A stretch of DNA of 64,000 nt, taken from contig OZ253462.1 in the NCBI GenBank assembly GCA_965261395.1, positions 2,080,001 through 2,144,000 on the forward strand, given 5' to 3'. The first letter of the stretch is position 1. Each line of letters opens with the position of its first letter. Under the pieces are notes generated by a model. That model worked only from the letters and a program-made list of their open reading frames with translations. It was not told the origin of the DNA and ran no database searches. Origin of the DNA: Candidatus Latescibacterota bacterium (GTDB lineage: Bacteria > Latescibacterota > UBA2968 > UBA8231). This document shows, piece by piece, positions 38,818-47,889 of this stretch. The translations under genes and the position numbers were made by a program.

Positions 38818-38899
38818 AAGCCGGAAGAAGGGCAATAGCGCTGTTCTCGCGATTAGCGGCGACGTGAGGTGGAATTGGGGACACGGGCGGGTGCTCAAA

Positions 38900-39211
38900 T
38901 TATTCCGTTGGTTGAGGTTCGGTTCCCGCCAAAACCGCTTCTGGAGTCGTGCCAACAAGATTGCGATAAATCTCCGGATCGGTCGCCCCCTCAGTTGCAA
39001 TGACGACGATGCGGCTGTTGCAATCGAGGCCAAGTTGCTGTCCCAGATTTTCGTCCCGGGTCGTTGCCAGAAATCCCGCCCACGCTGCAATCCCCGTTTC
39101 ACCAATCGCGATTGGGGGATCTCCACCGACACCGGTCGCCGCTTGTCGCATGGCATCAACAGCCGCTTCGTCAGGGATCGTAAGAAAGGCGAAAGCACCA
39201 GCCCGTAGAAT
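38900..39211 (-). pseudogene. Duplicated 3' fragment of diaminopropionate ammonia-lyase
   Basis: 38912-39211 is a diverged direct copy of 44376-44675. Confidence 0.85.
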
Positions 39212-39294
39212 TTATGAAAAAATGGGCCATATACAGGAAGTCCTCAAGACATTTTTCCCTAGTGTTACGACGCTATAGAATATGAAAAGAGGGA

Positions 39295-39867
39295 ATGATT
39301 ATGACCGACGCTCAGCAACTCTCGGTAGAGGAAGAATTTCGCAAACAGGGTTATTCCAAAGAGTCCCTAAAGATGTTGGAGTCCGAAGAAGGACAGCTTA
39401 ACGCTGTTTACTCCCTTTATGGCTCGGCGGCGTCCCAAGGACAGTTTCTTGAAGATGCTGTGCGAAGGCTGCTCACGGAGGTTCCCGGAGGCTCCCCGCC
39501 GTCGGATAGGGTAGGATTGAAAAGACTCATTGATGAGTTAGGCAAACGGATAACAGTGGATGACGAGCGGGTCTGGGAGTCGTTTCATACGGCTCGCGAA
39601 GTGAGGAACTACCTGATTCATAATTACTTCAGAGATAAAGAACATAAGTTTCAAACAGAAGAAGGTCGGATGGAGATGTTGATGGAGTTAGTGCTAATCG
39701 AAACTCCTATCAGGAGAGCAAAAGAATTGATCAATGGGATGCGCTTTAGGATTGATGAAGCATTAAAGAACAGACAGGGATTGGGTGAAGGCATCTCCAT
39801 TTCACTTTCCAAAGAGGTTGAAAAAAGCCACTTGCCCCCTTACCCTCTGGCCAGACAACGAAGGTAA
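39295..39867 (+). CDS. Hypothetical protein with HEPN-like Rx4H motif
   Basis: Helical protein; AREVRNYLIHNYF. Confidence 0.6.
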   Translation: MIMTDAQQLSVEEEFRKQGYSKESLKMLESEEGQLNAVYSLYGSAASQGQFLEDAVRRLLTEVPGGSPPSDRVGLKRLIDELGKRITVDDERVWESFHTAREVRNYLIHNYFRDKEHKFQTEEGRMEMLMELVLIETPIRRAKELINGMRFRIDEALKNRQGLGEGISISLSKEVEKSHLPPYPLARQRR

Positions 39868-40007
39868 TCACTGAAATACCTCTGGTAAAGTAAGACCGTT
39901 GTGCATCGTAGCCAGCCAAGGGGTTGTCCCGGTCCATCATCCTAGGCTCAGTTGTTGGTCGGATTAGAAAAGTAATCTGACATTATTCCACCGCACCACG
40001 TAAGATT

Positions 40008-40701
40008 CTGCTGCCGGATTACCCGCGGCTTTGCTTCGCGCTCAAAACGCCCTAGTCGGATGGGAGAGCTATCTCCTGCTCTCGCCCCTAGAACTCCTAG
40101 AGAAGCTGCGGCGCTGGTACTCCCGTCCCGGCTCCATCTCCTACGCTACCACGGTGTCCTAGTGCCTCGTGCCCGGGACCGTGCCCGAATCGTGCCCTCG
40201 AAACCAGTTGAGGAGCCGCCGGCTGCGGACCGCGCTTCAAGCACTCCGTCCTGCGGCCATCGGCTGAAGTGGGTGGTGGTCCTGCTCGCCCGCGTGTTTT
40301 CCTGCGACATCAGCAAATGCGCGGTCTGTGGCGGTCGCCTGAGGATCATCGCTACCCTGACCGATCCGGGCTCAATCTGACACTATCTAAACGGGATCGG
40401 GCTACCGACCCGACCACCGGCGATGGCACCGCCGAGGGGCCCGACTCAGCCGCACTTCGAGTTCGCCGCCTGACTGTCCTTCTCAACCGCCTTCTGCGCC
40501 GACCGTACGGCTTGTTTGTCCTCAACGGCCCCCTCAAATCCCGGATTGATCCTGATACGGGCGGACAGGAAACAAAATCGTACTGCCAGCCCTGCCGAAG
40601 GATCTGTAAACGACCATCAGGGAGTTTTACCCAGCCCCTGGGGTGTTGGGTGTCCAGCGACTTGACAAGAGGCCCCAAAAGGTGCCTCATTTTACCTATA
40701 C
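40008..40701 (+). mobile_element. IS91/ISCR transposase C-terminal pseudogene plus ori end, copy 2
   Basis: LKTP*SDG, LHLLRYHGVL, LLARVFSCDISKCAVCGGRLRIIATLTDP, APPRGPTQ; ends TTTTACCTATAC. Confidence 0.85.
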
Positions 40702-40716
40702 TTTCCTTGTGATCAC

Positions 40717-41148
40717 CTGACGGCCGCAGTAACCTTCCTAGCTTTCGCCTTGGCAGCCTGTGGAGTCGACCCTAGTGGCGATGAAGGCAGTTCGTCCACC
40801 GAGAACCGGCTTATGCCAAATCAAACGAAGCAGCCAGTATCGGCTTGACGGTGCAAAGCCAGCCTAGCTCCTGCCCGACCTGGAATACTCCGGTCTACTT
40901 CGAGGCCGCTACGCGAACGCTTGGTGTCTGCCGACACCTATCCGAATAGTAACAACGATGATGGTGCCACTCCTTTACATCACGCGGTGGCATTTGAAAG
41001 AGATGTTGCTGTTGTTGTGGCGTTGATGGAAGTTGGAGCAAATCCGAACGCGAAGGACAAGAACGGAACAACGCCGCTGAGTATAGCAATAGCCCTTTCG
41101 GCGGACGCAGCGATAGTCAAAGAACTGCAAGATGCCGCAATAAGCTAG
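40717..41148 (+). pseudogene. Ankyrin-repeat lipoprotein remnant
   Basis: Startless lipobox FLAFALAAC, CPTWNTPVYFEAAT in a second frame, then GATPLHHAV...GANPNAKDKNGTTPL. Confidence 0.7.
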
Positions 41149-41226
41149 GGCAAACAGATTGGTTGCCAATGACCAGCAGGAGCTAATTGCCTCGCTGATT
41201 CAAAGTCAACGAACGAGGAGAATCTA

Positions 41227-41676
41227 ATGATTGCGAAGGGTGTAAACGGTCAAGTCGAAATAGTTGGTGCAAAGATTGTAATATCACGGAAAGGGGCCAT
41301 GGCGTTCATGACGCATGGTTTCAAGGGCAATAAAGAGATATTGATCTCTCAGATTTCGTCAATTCAATATAAGCAAGCTGGCATGATGACTAATGGGTAC
41401 ATTCAATTTGCGTTTATAGGAGGACAAGAAGCAAAGAGAGGCTTGCTGCAATCGACACAAGATGAGAATTCAATTGTGTTCAATAGGAGTCAACAACCTC
41501 ACTTTGACGAGTTGAAGGCGGAAATTGATAGGATTAGAGACTCTCTCGATCGTGAAGTGACAGCGGCTCCGATATCTGGTTTGGATGAACTTGAGAAGTT
41601 AGCATCTTTGAAGGATAAAGGTGTCATTACCGAGGACGAATTTCAGGAAAAGAAGAAACAGATATTGGGACTTTAA
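41227..41676 (+). CDS. DUF4429-like (PH-type) plus SHOCT domain protein
   Basis: GAGGAG RBS; NGYIQF, DENSIVF; SHOCT tail DELEKLASLKDKGVITEDEFQEKKKQIL. Confidence 0.85.
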   Translation: MIAKGVNGQVEIVGAKIVISRKGAMAFMTHGFKGNKEILISQISSIQYKQAGMMTNGYIQFAFIGGQEAKRGLLQSTQDENSIVFNRSQQPHFDELKAEIDRIRDSLDREVTAAPISGLDELEKLASLKDKGVITEDEFQEKKKQILGL

Positions 41677-41689
41677 GGCTATATGGGAG

Positions 41690-42031
41690 AACGTCGCAAT
41701 TGGTCGGATGGGAGAGCGTATCTCCTGCTCTCACTCCTAGAACCCCTGGAGAAGCTGGTGGCTCTGGTACCCCCGCCCTGGCTCTATCTCCTGCACTACC
41801 ACGGTGTCCTGACACCTCGTGCCCGGGACCGTGAACGCATCATGCCCTCGAAACCAGTTGAGAGCCACCGGCTACGGACCGCACTTCGAGCGTTCCGTCC
41901 TGCGGCCATCAACTGGGTGGGCGGCCCTGCTCGCCCGCGTGTTTTCCTGCGACATTAGCTCATGCGCGGCCTGTAGCGGTCGCCTGAGGATCATCTCCGC
42001 CCGCACCGATCCGGGCTCAATCCGACGCTAT
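41690..42031 (+). mobile_element. IS91/ISCR transposase fragment, copy 3
   Basis: WSDG...LEKLVALVPPP...YHGVL and WAALLARVFSCDISSCAACSGRLRII; homologous to 40055-40390. Confidence 0.85.
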
Positions 42032-43099
42032 TTGATAGGGCAATGGTTTTGGATCGAGCCATTCTACAATTCGATCTTTTATCGCCCAAGCAAAGAAGAA
42101 ATTCCCGCGCGGCGTGTGATGCCCAATGTAATACGGTGCCAAAAATGTCTGTACATCCCCTCGATATGTCGCGTATTCTTCCCGAAAAGCATCGCGCAAA
42201 TCGATCATCGGTACATCCTTTGTCGCCAGCCAATCCAAAAACGTCTGGTCAAAAAGCGGCTCACCCTTCAGGGCATTCGCTACATTGAGCGAACCAAATG
42301 ACAAAATCACCAGCAGCTTTTTTTCATTGGCCTTTGTAAACGCCTCGGCCTTTTCAATCACAAACCGCGTTGCAAACAGAGCCGCTTCAGTATGCAAGCT
42401 GTAAACCTCGGCATCTGACCCCGCATTCTCGAGCTCTCCCCCCATACTTTGCGCCATTGCCGACGCATCTTCCACACTGCCCTTGCGCGCCATAACCGCG
42501 TGCAAAATCGGATCATCGCCAAAAGTCTCCCACACCCAATCCGCATCGCATAACCGATAGAGTTCTTCGGGAGTCTTACACAAATTCTCGCGCTCTTCCA
42601 CGGTTCCGCTTTCCAGATTCACGCACAAATGCGGCAGCGTAAACCGCCCCTGTCGTCCCATGCGAATGGACCGCCACGCATCCAAATTGCGAAAGTGATC
42701 GTCGTCCCACACATTCAAAATTACGTATTCGGCGGGATATTCCCTCTCCACAATTAACATTCGCCGATACGCCTGATACACACTGTGCCCGCCAATGCCG
42801 TAATTGCGAACGGGTTCCAGCAGATGCGCGGCCAAATACTCCTGCCATGTCTCCCCATTGCTGACCTGATCGCAATGCGTAAAGCTATTCCCATACGTAT
42901 GGATGCGACACGGGCAATCCGCGTAATTGACCGCTTGCCGCGCACCATCTTTCTCGTACGCGTAAAACCCGCGCGAATCATCTACACCACCACCGCGAAA
43001 CCCATCGCAAACCACCCATCCGATCTCGGGGTCAAACGCCGACTGTGCGTTATTACACATAATCCTCGCCAACTCTACCGGCACATTGGCCTTCGCAGG

Positions 43100-44275
43100 G
43101 GCTTTGGTGCATGAAAACTGTCGGGGCCGTGTTGCCCCTTGTCTGGTGTGTTTTAGACTTCCTTGGTTATCGGATAGGACTCGGGCTTAGCCAAATGCAA
43201 TAGCCGGTTGAGTATGGCACATCCCACTCGTGTTTCGGTTTGTTGGTGGGATAGGGTTCGGGCGTGCAAGGTGTCGCCGAGGCTCTGTTTGTAGCGGCCG
43301 ATCTGGGTTTCGACGAGGGATCGGCGATGATAGCCACTGGTTTTTTTCCAGGTTCGACGGCCCCGGCTACGGATGGTTCGGATCGTCTCATCGCGGGGCA
43401 ACGGCTCCGCGTTGCAGTTGCCATGTTGCTGGATTTTGGCGTCTTTGCGCGGCGGAATGATCGGCCGGATCGGCGGCCCTCGGTCCGGCGCAGCCAACGC
43501 CTCAAACACCTTGCGTTTATCATAGGCTCCATCCCCGCCCACCGCCGCGATGGGGGCCGCGACTTGCTCCAGCAACGGCTCGACCTGCCCGGCATCATCT
43601 GGGCGATTGGCCGTCAACGTCTGGGCGACGATCTCGCCGGTGGCTTCGTCGACCCCAAGGTGCAATTTGCGCCAGGTGCGCCGCTTGCCCCAGCCGTGCT
43701 GACGCACCTTCCACTCGCCTTCGCCATACCCCTTCAACCCCGTCGAATCAACGACCCAATGCCGGGGTTGATCCGTGGGCTGGGTAGGCAACGCTACTGT
43801 CAAGTCAGCCTGACGCCGCGAGAGGGTCGTATGATCCGGCACCCGTATAGCCAAGCCCATCAAGGCTACAATGGAAGCGACAAACCCCTCGGTTTGGCGT
43901 AGCGGCAAGTGATACATAAGCCGCAACGTCAACGCCGTGTGGATGGCTACGTCCGAAAAGGTATATTGCGCCCCCCGTTGGCGCGGCCCTTGATAATACC
44001 ACGCTTCGACCGCTTGGGGGGAAAACCACACCGTCAGGCTACCGCGCTGGGTAAGCCCCGCATCATAATCAGGCCAATTACGCACCCGATACACAACCTT
44101 CGAGCGACGGCGACGGGGCTTGACCGAAGACGGAGCAGACGATACGTTGGACAGGACAGGTTCCTTGGAAGAGAAGGCATAGAGTCTTTTCGCAAAAAAG
44201 TCATGCCCAATCTACTGAGGAGCCTGTCTTTATTCAACCGAGAAACCCAAAAATACCGATCCATGCACCAAAGCC
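43100..44275 (-). mobile_element. IS5 family, IS903-group insertion sequence (1176 bp)
   Basis: 14-bp terminal IRs GGCTTTGGTGCATG / CATGCACCAAAGCC; 9-bp TSD CTTCGCAGG at 43091-43099 and 44276-44284. Confidence 0.95.
43153..44094 (-). CDS. IS5/IS903-group DDE transposase
   Basis: YRVRNW, DSTGLK, GEGEW, WRKLHL, GDGAYD, GYHRRSLVET. Confidence 0.95.
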   Translation of the reverse strand: MYRVRNWPDYDAGLTQRGSLTVWFSPQAVEAWYYQGPRQRGAQYTFSDVAIHTALTLRLMYHLPLRQTEGFVASIVALMGLAIRVPDHTTLSRRQADLTVALPTQPTDQPRHWVVDSTGLKGYGEGEWKVRQHGWGKRRTWRKLHLGVDEATGEIVAQTLTANRPDDAGQVEPLLEQVAAPIAAVGGDGAYDKRKVFEALAAPDRGPPIRPIIPPRKDAKIQQHGNCNAEPLPRDETIRTIRSRGRRTWKKTSGYHRRSLVETQIGRYKQSLGDTLHARTLSHQQTETRVGCAILNRLLHLAKPESYPITKEV

Positions 44276-44372
44276 CTTCGCAGGTGTCACAAAATGATCC
44301 ACCATCTCGCGCGTTGGCATAATCGATTCCAAATATTCGCGTCTTGTCATCGCGGGATCCTTTTCCCTATTC

Positions 44373-45602
44373 CTATTGCGGTTCGGTCCCCGCCAAAACC
44401 GCTTCCGGAGTCGTGCCAACAAGGTTGCAATAAACCTCCGGATCGGTCACCCCCTCGGTTGCAATGATGACGACACGGCTGTCGCAATCGAGTCCAAGCT
44501 GCTGCCGCAGATTTTCGTCACGGGTCGTTGCCAGCAATCCTGCCCACGCTGCAATCCCCGTTTCACCAATCGCGATTGGGGGATCCCCACCGACACCTGT
44601 CGCCGCTTGTCGCATGGCATCAACAGCCGCTTCGTCAGGGATAGTAAGAAAGGCGAAAGCACCAGCCCTTAGAATATCCCACGCTTGGGGCGAAGCGGAT
44701 TCAACGACCAGTCCGTCCATAACGGACCGACCATCCCCGCTGACGGTTGCTGCGCTGTTTTCAAGCGCGCTTCGGTATAGGCAGGCAGATGTGGTGGGTT
44801 CAACGACAACTACCCGCGGATGGTTGCGCTCATATCGCTCCCACAAATGCCCGCAGGTCGCCGCGGCAAGTCGACCGCCACCGCCGGGGACAAAGACATG
44901 AGTGGGTGGTTGGACGGCGCTGAACTGTCGAACGATTTCGTCCGCGACTATTGCGTAACCCTGCATAATCTCACGGGAGATGTGGGGATACTCTGCAGAT
45001 TTCTCATCCGATATGGCAAAATAGCCGAACATCTCAGCGTCCGCGTAGGAGCGTTGCACCACTCGATCGTAGTTTCCCGCTACTCGCACCACCTCTGCGC
45101 CATAGGCAGCAATCGCTTCCTCTCTACCGGCGCTGACGCCATCGTTCATGTAAATCACGCATCGACAACCGAACATACGGGCACCCCACGCCAACGCGCG
45201 CCCGTGATTGCCCGATGTTGCCGCCGAGACGACAACCTCTCTCGTCACCGATTCATACTGCCGATTTATCAGGTCTTGTGTCGTGACTGTTGCCACACCA
45301 GTGGCTTTTTTGATTTCACCCTTCAACACGGACAGCATTGCGTAAACGGGTCCCGTCGGCTTAAAACTCCCCACCTCGAATCGATACCCTTCATGCTTGC
45401 ACCACAGGCCTTCAACACCGCTCGCCGCCGCAAGACCGTTCAATGCAATCAGCGGCGTCGGTTGATAACCGGGCAAGCGCGTCACCTCTACTTCCACATC
45501 AGCGAAGGCATCTCGATTTAGTAACGCCTGCTGCGTTGGACCGTAGTCCGGTGGAGGGTGGGCTTGCGCATTAATAAAGACATTAGTTTGGTAGGGGTTC
45601 AT
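44373..45602 (-). CDS. Diaminopropionate ammonia-lyase-like fold-II PLP enzyme
   Basis: YQPTPL, GSFK, ATSGNHGRALAWGA, IMQGY, PTHVF, IATEGVTDP. Confidence 0.85.
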   Translation of the reverse strand: MNPYQTNVFINAQAHPPPDYGPTQQALLNRDAFADVEVEVTRLPGYQPTPLIALNGLAAASGVEGLWCKHEGYRFEVGSFKPTGPVYAMLSVLKGEIKKATGVATVTTQDLINRQYESVTREVVVSAATSGNHGRALAWGARMFGCRCVIYMNDGVSAGREEAIAAYGAEVVRVAGNYDRVVQRSYADAEMFGYFAISDEKSAEYPHISREIMQGYAIVADEIVRQFSAVQPPTHVFVPGGGGRLAAATCGHLWERYERNHPRVVVVEPTTSACLYRSALENSAATVSGDGRSVMDGLVVESASPQAWDILRAGAFAFLTIPDEAAVDAMRQAATGVGGDPPIAIGETGIAAWAGLLATTRDENLRQQLGLDCDSRVVIIATEGVTDPEVYCNLVGTTPEAVLAGTEPQ

Positions 45603-45644
45603 AGGTATTCACTTTGCGGGTGTTTGTTCACTTTTCTTTGGAAA

Positions 45645-45790
45645 TGGTGCACGCGAGGTGCGTCTAGGGATTCTTGGGCGGTCATTTGCAGATCAATTAG
45701 ATTCACCGAGATACTGAGCTGATTGTTCGGAATAATACGTCCGCTGGGGATGCCGTAAGGTAGCGAAAGGGGCATTGTCCCGCCACGCGA
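45645..45790 (-). pseudogene. Gamma-glutamyltransferase C-terminal fragment
   Basis: GIPSGRIIPNNQLSISVNLIDLQMTAQESLDAPRVH. Confidence 0.6.
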
Positions 45791-45827
45791 GCATCGGTGC
45801 CATGTTATGCAACGGACGTTTGCCGCG

Positions 45828-45978
45828 AGCGATGGCACCGCCGAGGGCCCCGCCTCAGCCGCAGTTCGAGTGCGCCGCCTGACCTCCCCTGCTCGACCGC
45901 CTTCTGCGCCGGCCGGTACGGTGGGGTGCGCCCTGAATGGCCTCCACAAATAGCAGGTTGCCCTCGATACGGGCCGAC
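45828..45978 (+). mobile_element. IS91/ISCR 3' fragment, copy 4 (more diverged)
   Basis: MAPPRAPPQPQFECAA* and downstream DNA align with 40420-40566. Confidence 0.75.
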
Positions 45979-46303
45979 CGGCATCCAAACCCTATTAGGT
46001 GTCAGGGAACAGACGGATTAACTGCGGCAGGGATAGCCCTTGACGGTAGGCTTGGCCCGGCCCTTTCTTTTTCTTAGTCATCCTTTTAGGCCATTTCTTG
46101 GAAATCATCAGTATGATTTCTCCCAGTATTTCAAGGAGTGCTAAGGTCTTGGTAATGACCATAATGCACCTCACTTGTTGCGAGTGCTTGCACAACACTC
46201 TGGTTTAATAGATTCGCCGCTGGATATGATTAGCGGCACGGAGATAAGAATAAAGTATATACTTTACAACAGTTTATACCATATTTGGAGGAAAAACGCA
46301 CAG

Positions 46304-46342
46304 AAAAAGCCCCAAGCCACAATACATTGTGGCTTGGGGCTT
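46304..46342 (-). terminator. Intrinsic terminator of the 36-aa gene
   Basis: 17-bp perfect stem AAGCCCCAAGCCACAAT / ATTGTGGCTTGGGGCTT with a T-run on the minus strand. Confidence 0.8.
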
Positions 46343-46362
46343 GAAGGATAGAGCGGATAGAG

Positions 46363-46473
46363 CTATTTCCTTTTGGGCTTAGATCGGCAATGCCTATCAA
46401 CATGCTCCACCGATCCATCTTTCCTTACTCTAATATGCGTTTTAACATCAACAGGCTTTCCCTTTTTTGCCAT
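46363..46473 (-). CDS. 36-aa highly basic microprotein (below track cutoff)
   Basis: MAKKGKPVDVKTHIRVRKDGSVEHVDRHCRSKPKRK; AAAGGGG RBS, extended -10 TGTGGTATATT upstream, terminator downstream. Confidence 0.7.
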   Translation of the reverse strand: MAKKGKPVDVKTHIRVRKDGSVEHVDRHCRSKPKRK

Positions 46474-46582
46474 AACCCGATCCCCTTTCTTTGGTTAGTG
46501 GCTCAGGAACGTAGATATAATAAATATACCACATCAGACATCGTCAAGTGTCTCAAGCAACAAGATATTGTGGTTTGGGCAT

Positions 46583-46611
46583 TTGACAATGTCCTCAGAA
46601 TTTGCTATGCA
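46583..46611 (+). promoter_or_regulatory. sigma70 promoter for the 74-aa gene
   Basis: TTGACA-N17-TATGCA with extended TG. Confidence 0.55.
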
Positions 46612-46669
46612 CTATGTACACTATTTTGTTCTCATGTCCAGCTATACACCTTAAATCAGGAGGAGCATA

Positions 46670-46894
46670 ATGCCCAATTACATCGTGAATAAAAATAAAC
46701 AGCCCAGCGGGGATAACGAAGTTCACGTATTCCCAAAACCGTCGAACTGCCTAAACCATAACTATCCAGCACCTCATAATCGAGAAGCATTGGGCTACCA
46801 TTCCTCATGTCGTGGAGCGGTTACGGAAGCGAAACGCAGAGGATACAATGCAGACGGTTGCTATTGGTGTGCTAATGAATGTCATACCAGATAA
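46670..46894 (+). CDS. Small Cys/His-rich hypothetical protein (putative metal-binding)
   Basis: AGGAGGAG RBS; YIVNKN..GDNEVH...LG..SSC..AV.EAK...DGCYWCANECH. Confidence 0.8.
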   Translation: MPNYIVNKNKQPSGDNEVHVFPKPSNCLNHNYPAPHNREALGYHSSCRGAVTEAKRRGYNADGCYWCANECHTR

Positions 46895-46924
46895 TACCCC
46901 AGTATAAATTTTCATTTTTTCCTT

Positions 46925-46962
46925 GCCCCAAACTATTGTCTCAGAGTAGCTTGGGGCTGTTT
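46925..46962 (+). terminator. Probable terminator hairpin
   Basis: GCCCCAAACTATT...AGTAGCTTGGGGC followed by TGTTT. Confidence 0.55.
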
Positions 46963-47166
46963 GTGTTCCCTACGGGTTGGGCCACAAAGTATGTAAGTCC
47001 CTTTTTTAAAAGGGAATTATATACGTGAGTGATCAAGGATGGCGTAGGTCTCTGTATAATTGAGACTTGCGCTATTTTTTTAGCTTTGAATGATTATTAC
47101 CCAATAAATAGACACAATCGGGCAAAAGTCAAGAAAATCGGAGCTAGCGGCTGGCCCGTTTTTGAC

Positions 47167-47194
47167 TTGACAGGCGATGAAAATCATCTACTCT
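47167..47194 (+). promoter_or_regulatory. sigma70 promoter with palindromic operator-like site in the spacer
   Basis: TTGACA-N16-TACTCT; GATGA-AAA-TCATC at 47176-47188. Confidence 0.5.
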
Positions 47195-47235
47195 TAAAAT
47201 TTAGAACAAGTTAGAATAAACAGAACAGGTAGAAA

Positions 47236-47889
47236 ATGGACACAAGCGCCCCTTACCTGCTACACTCGGTCATTGTCGTCGTTATGGCTGAAGAGCATGA
47301 ACCTACGATGCTCAGTCCTAGGTTTTTGGCCGAAAAAGAGATTGTGCCTAATGACTGGAAAGCGGCTCAGTCAATAACGAACCCCTTTGAATCGGCCGTT
47401 CGGTATGAAAAAGCCATGCTTAAAATGAGTTCATCAAGGTTCGAGGTTGAGGGACTTAGCGATGGCTCTTTTAAGGAAAGCTATGCTGCCCATAGTATAG
47501 TTGCTGACTATGTATCGAAAATGCCCCATACCCCATATCGTAGTCTTGGGCTTAATTGCAGGGTGTTAATAAGAGCAGACAATCCCGAGCAGTGGCTGTC
47601 ACAACGGTTCTTGTGCCCCAATCTATGGAGAAACGGCAATCCCGAGGGGCATATTGAAAAAGCAGATTTTACCGTGCCTATGGATGATGGATTGTCTTGC
47701 GAATTTTCGTTTACCTCGGGCAATTTGAATAATGAACAGAGTGAATCTGAAAAAATCGTTGTTGTCACTGTCAACATTGACCATCCGGGAGCACTAAACA
47801 CCGGCTTAATACGGGAGGCTATTAGGCGATGGCCCAAGCGACAAGAATTGATCCGGGTTACTTTGGACAAGATTTTGAGGAGTTCATAG
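47236..47889 (+). CDS. Hypothetical protein, TIGR04255-like
   Basis: VIVVVMAEEHEPTMLSPRFL..IVPNDW, MPHTPYRSLGLN, VNIDH pattern. Family call from memory of the motif. Confidence 0.6.
   Translation: MDTSAPYLLHSVIVVVMAEEHEPTMLSPRFLAEKEIVPNDWKAAQSITNPFESAVRYEKAMLKMSSSRFEVEGLSDGSFKESYAAHSIVADYVSKMPHTPYRSLGLNCRVLIRADNPEQWLSQRFLCPNLWRNGNPEGHIEKADFTVPMDDGLSCEFSFTSGNLNNEQSESEKIVVVTVNIDHPGALNTGLIREAIRRWPKRQELIRVTLDKILRSS

Larger units (their letters stand above)
42017..44350 (-). pseudogene. SGNH-like hypothetical protein interrupted by an IS5-family element
   Basis: MTRREYLESIMPTREMVDHFVTPAK (44350-44276) joins in frame to ANVPVELAR (43090 downward) once the IS and one TSD are removed, giving 382 aa. 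Motifs YGNSFT, NYGIGG, GHHTP. Confidence 0.85.
45995..47001 (-). mobile_element. Truncated IS1595-family element with passenger microprotein genes
   Basis: IR-like end GGGACTTACATAC (47001-46989); transposase N-terminus MTKKKKGPGQAYRQGLSLPQLIRLFPD* (46081-45995). Confidence 0.65.

Noticed and set aside
37860-41700. Integron cassette array
   Set aside because: No integrase and no convincing attC (RYYYAAC...GTTRRRY) sites were found. The recurring intergenic DNA is IS91/ISCR-derived.
46390-46692. 100-aa plus-strand ORF and the 62-aa minus ORF at 46230-46418
   Set aside because: They lack RBSs and run across promoter or terminator elements. The 36-aa minus ORF and 74-aa plus ORF explain the region better.
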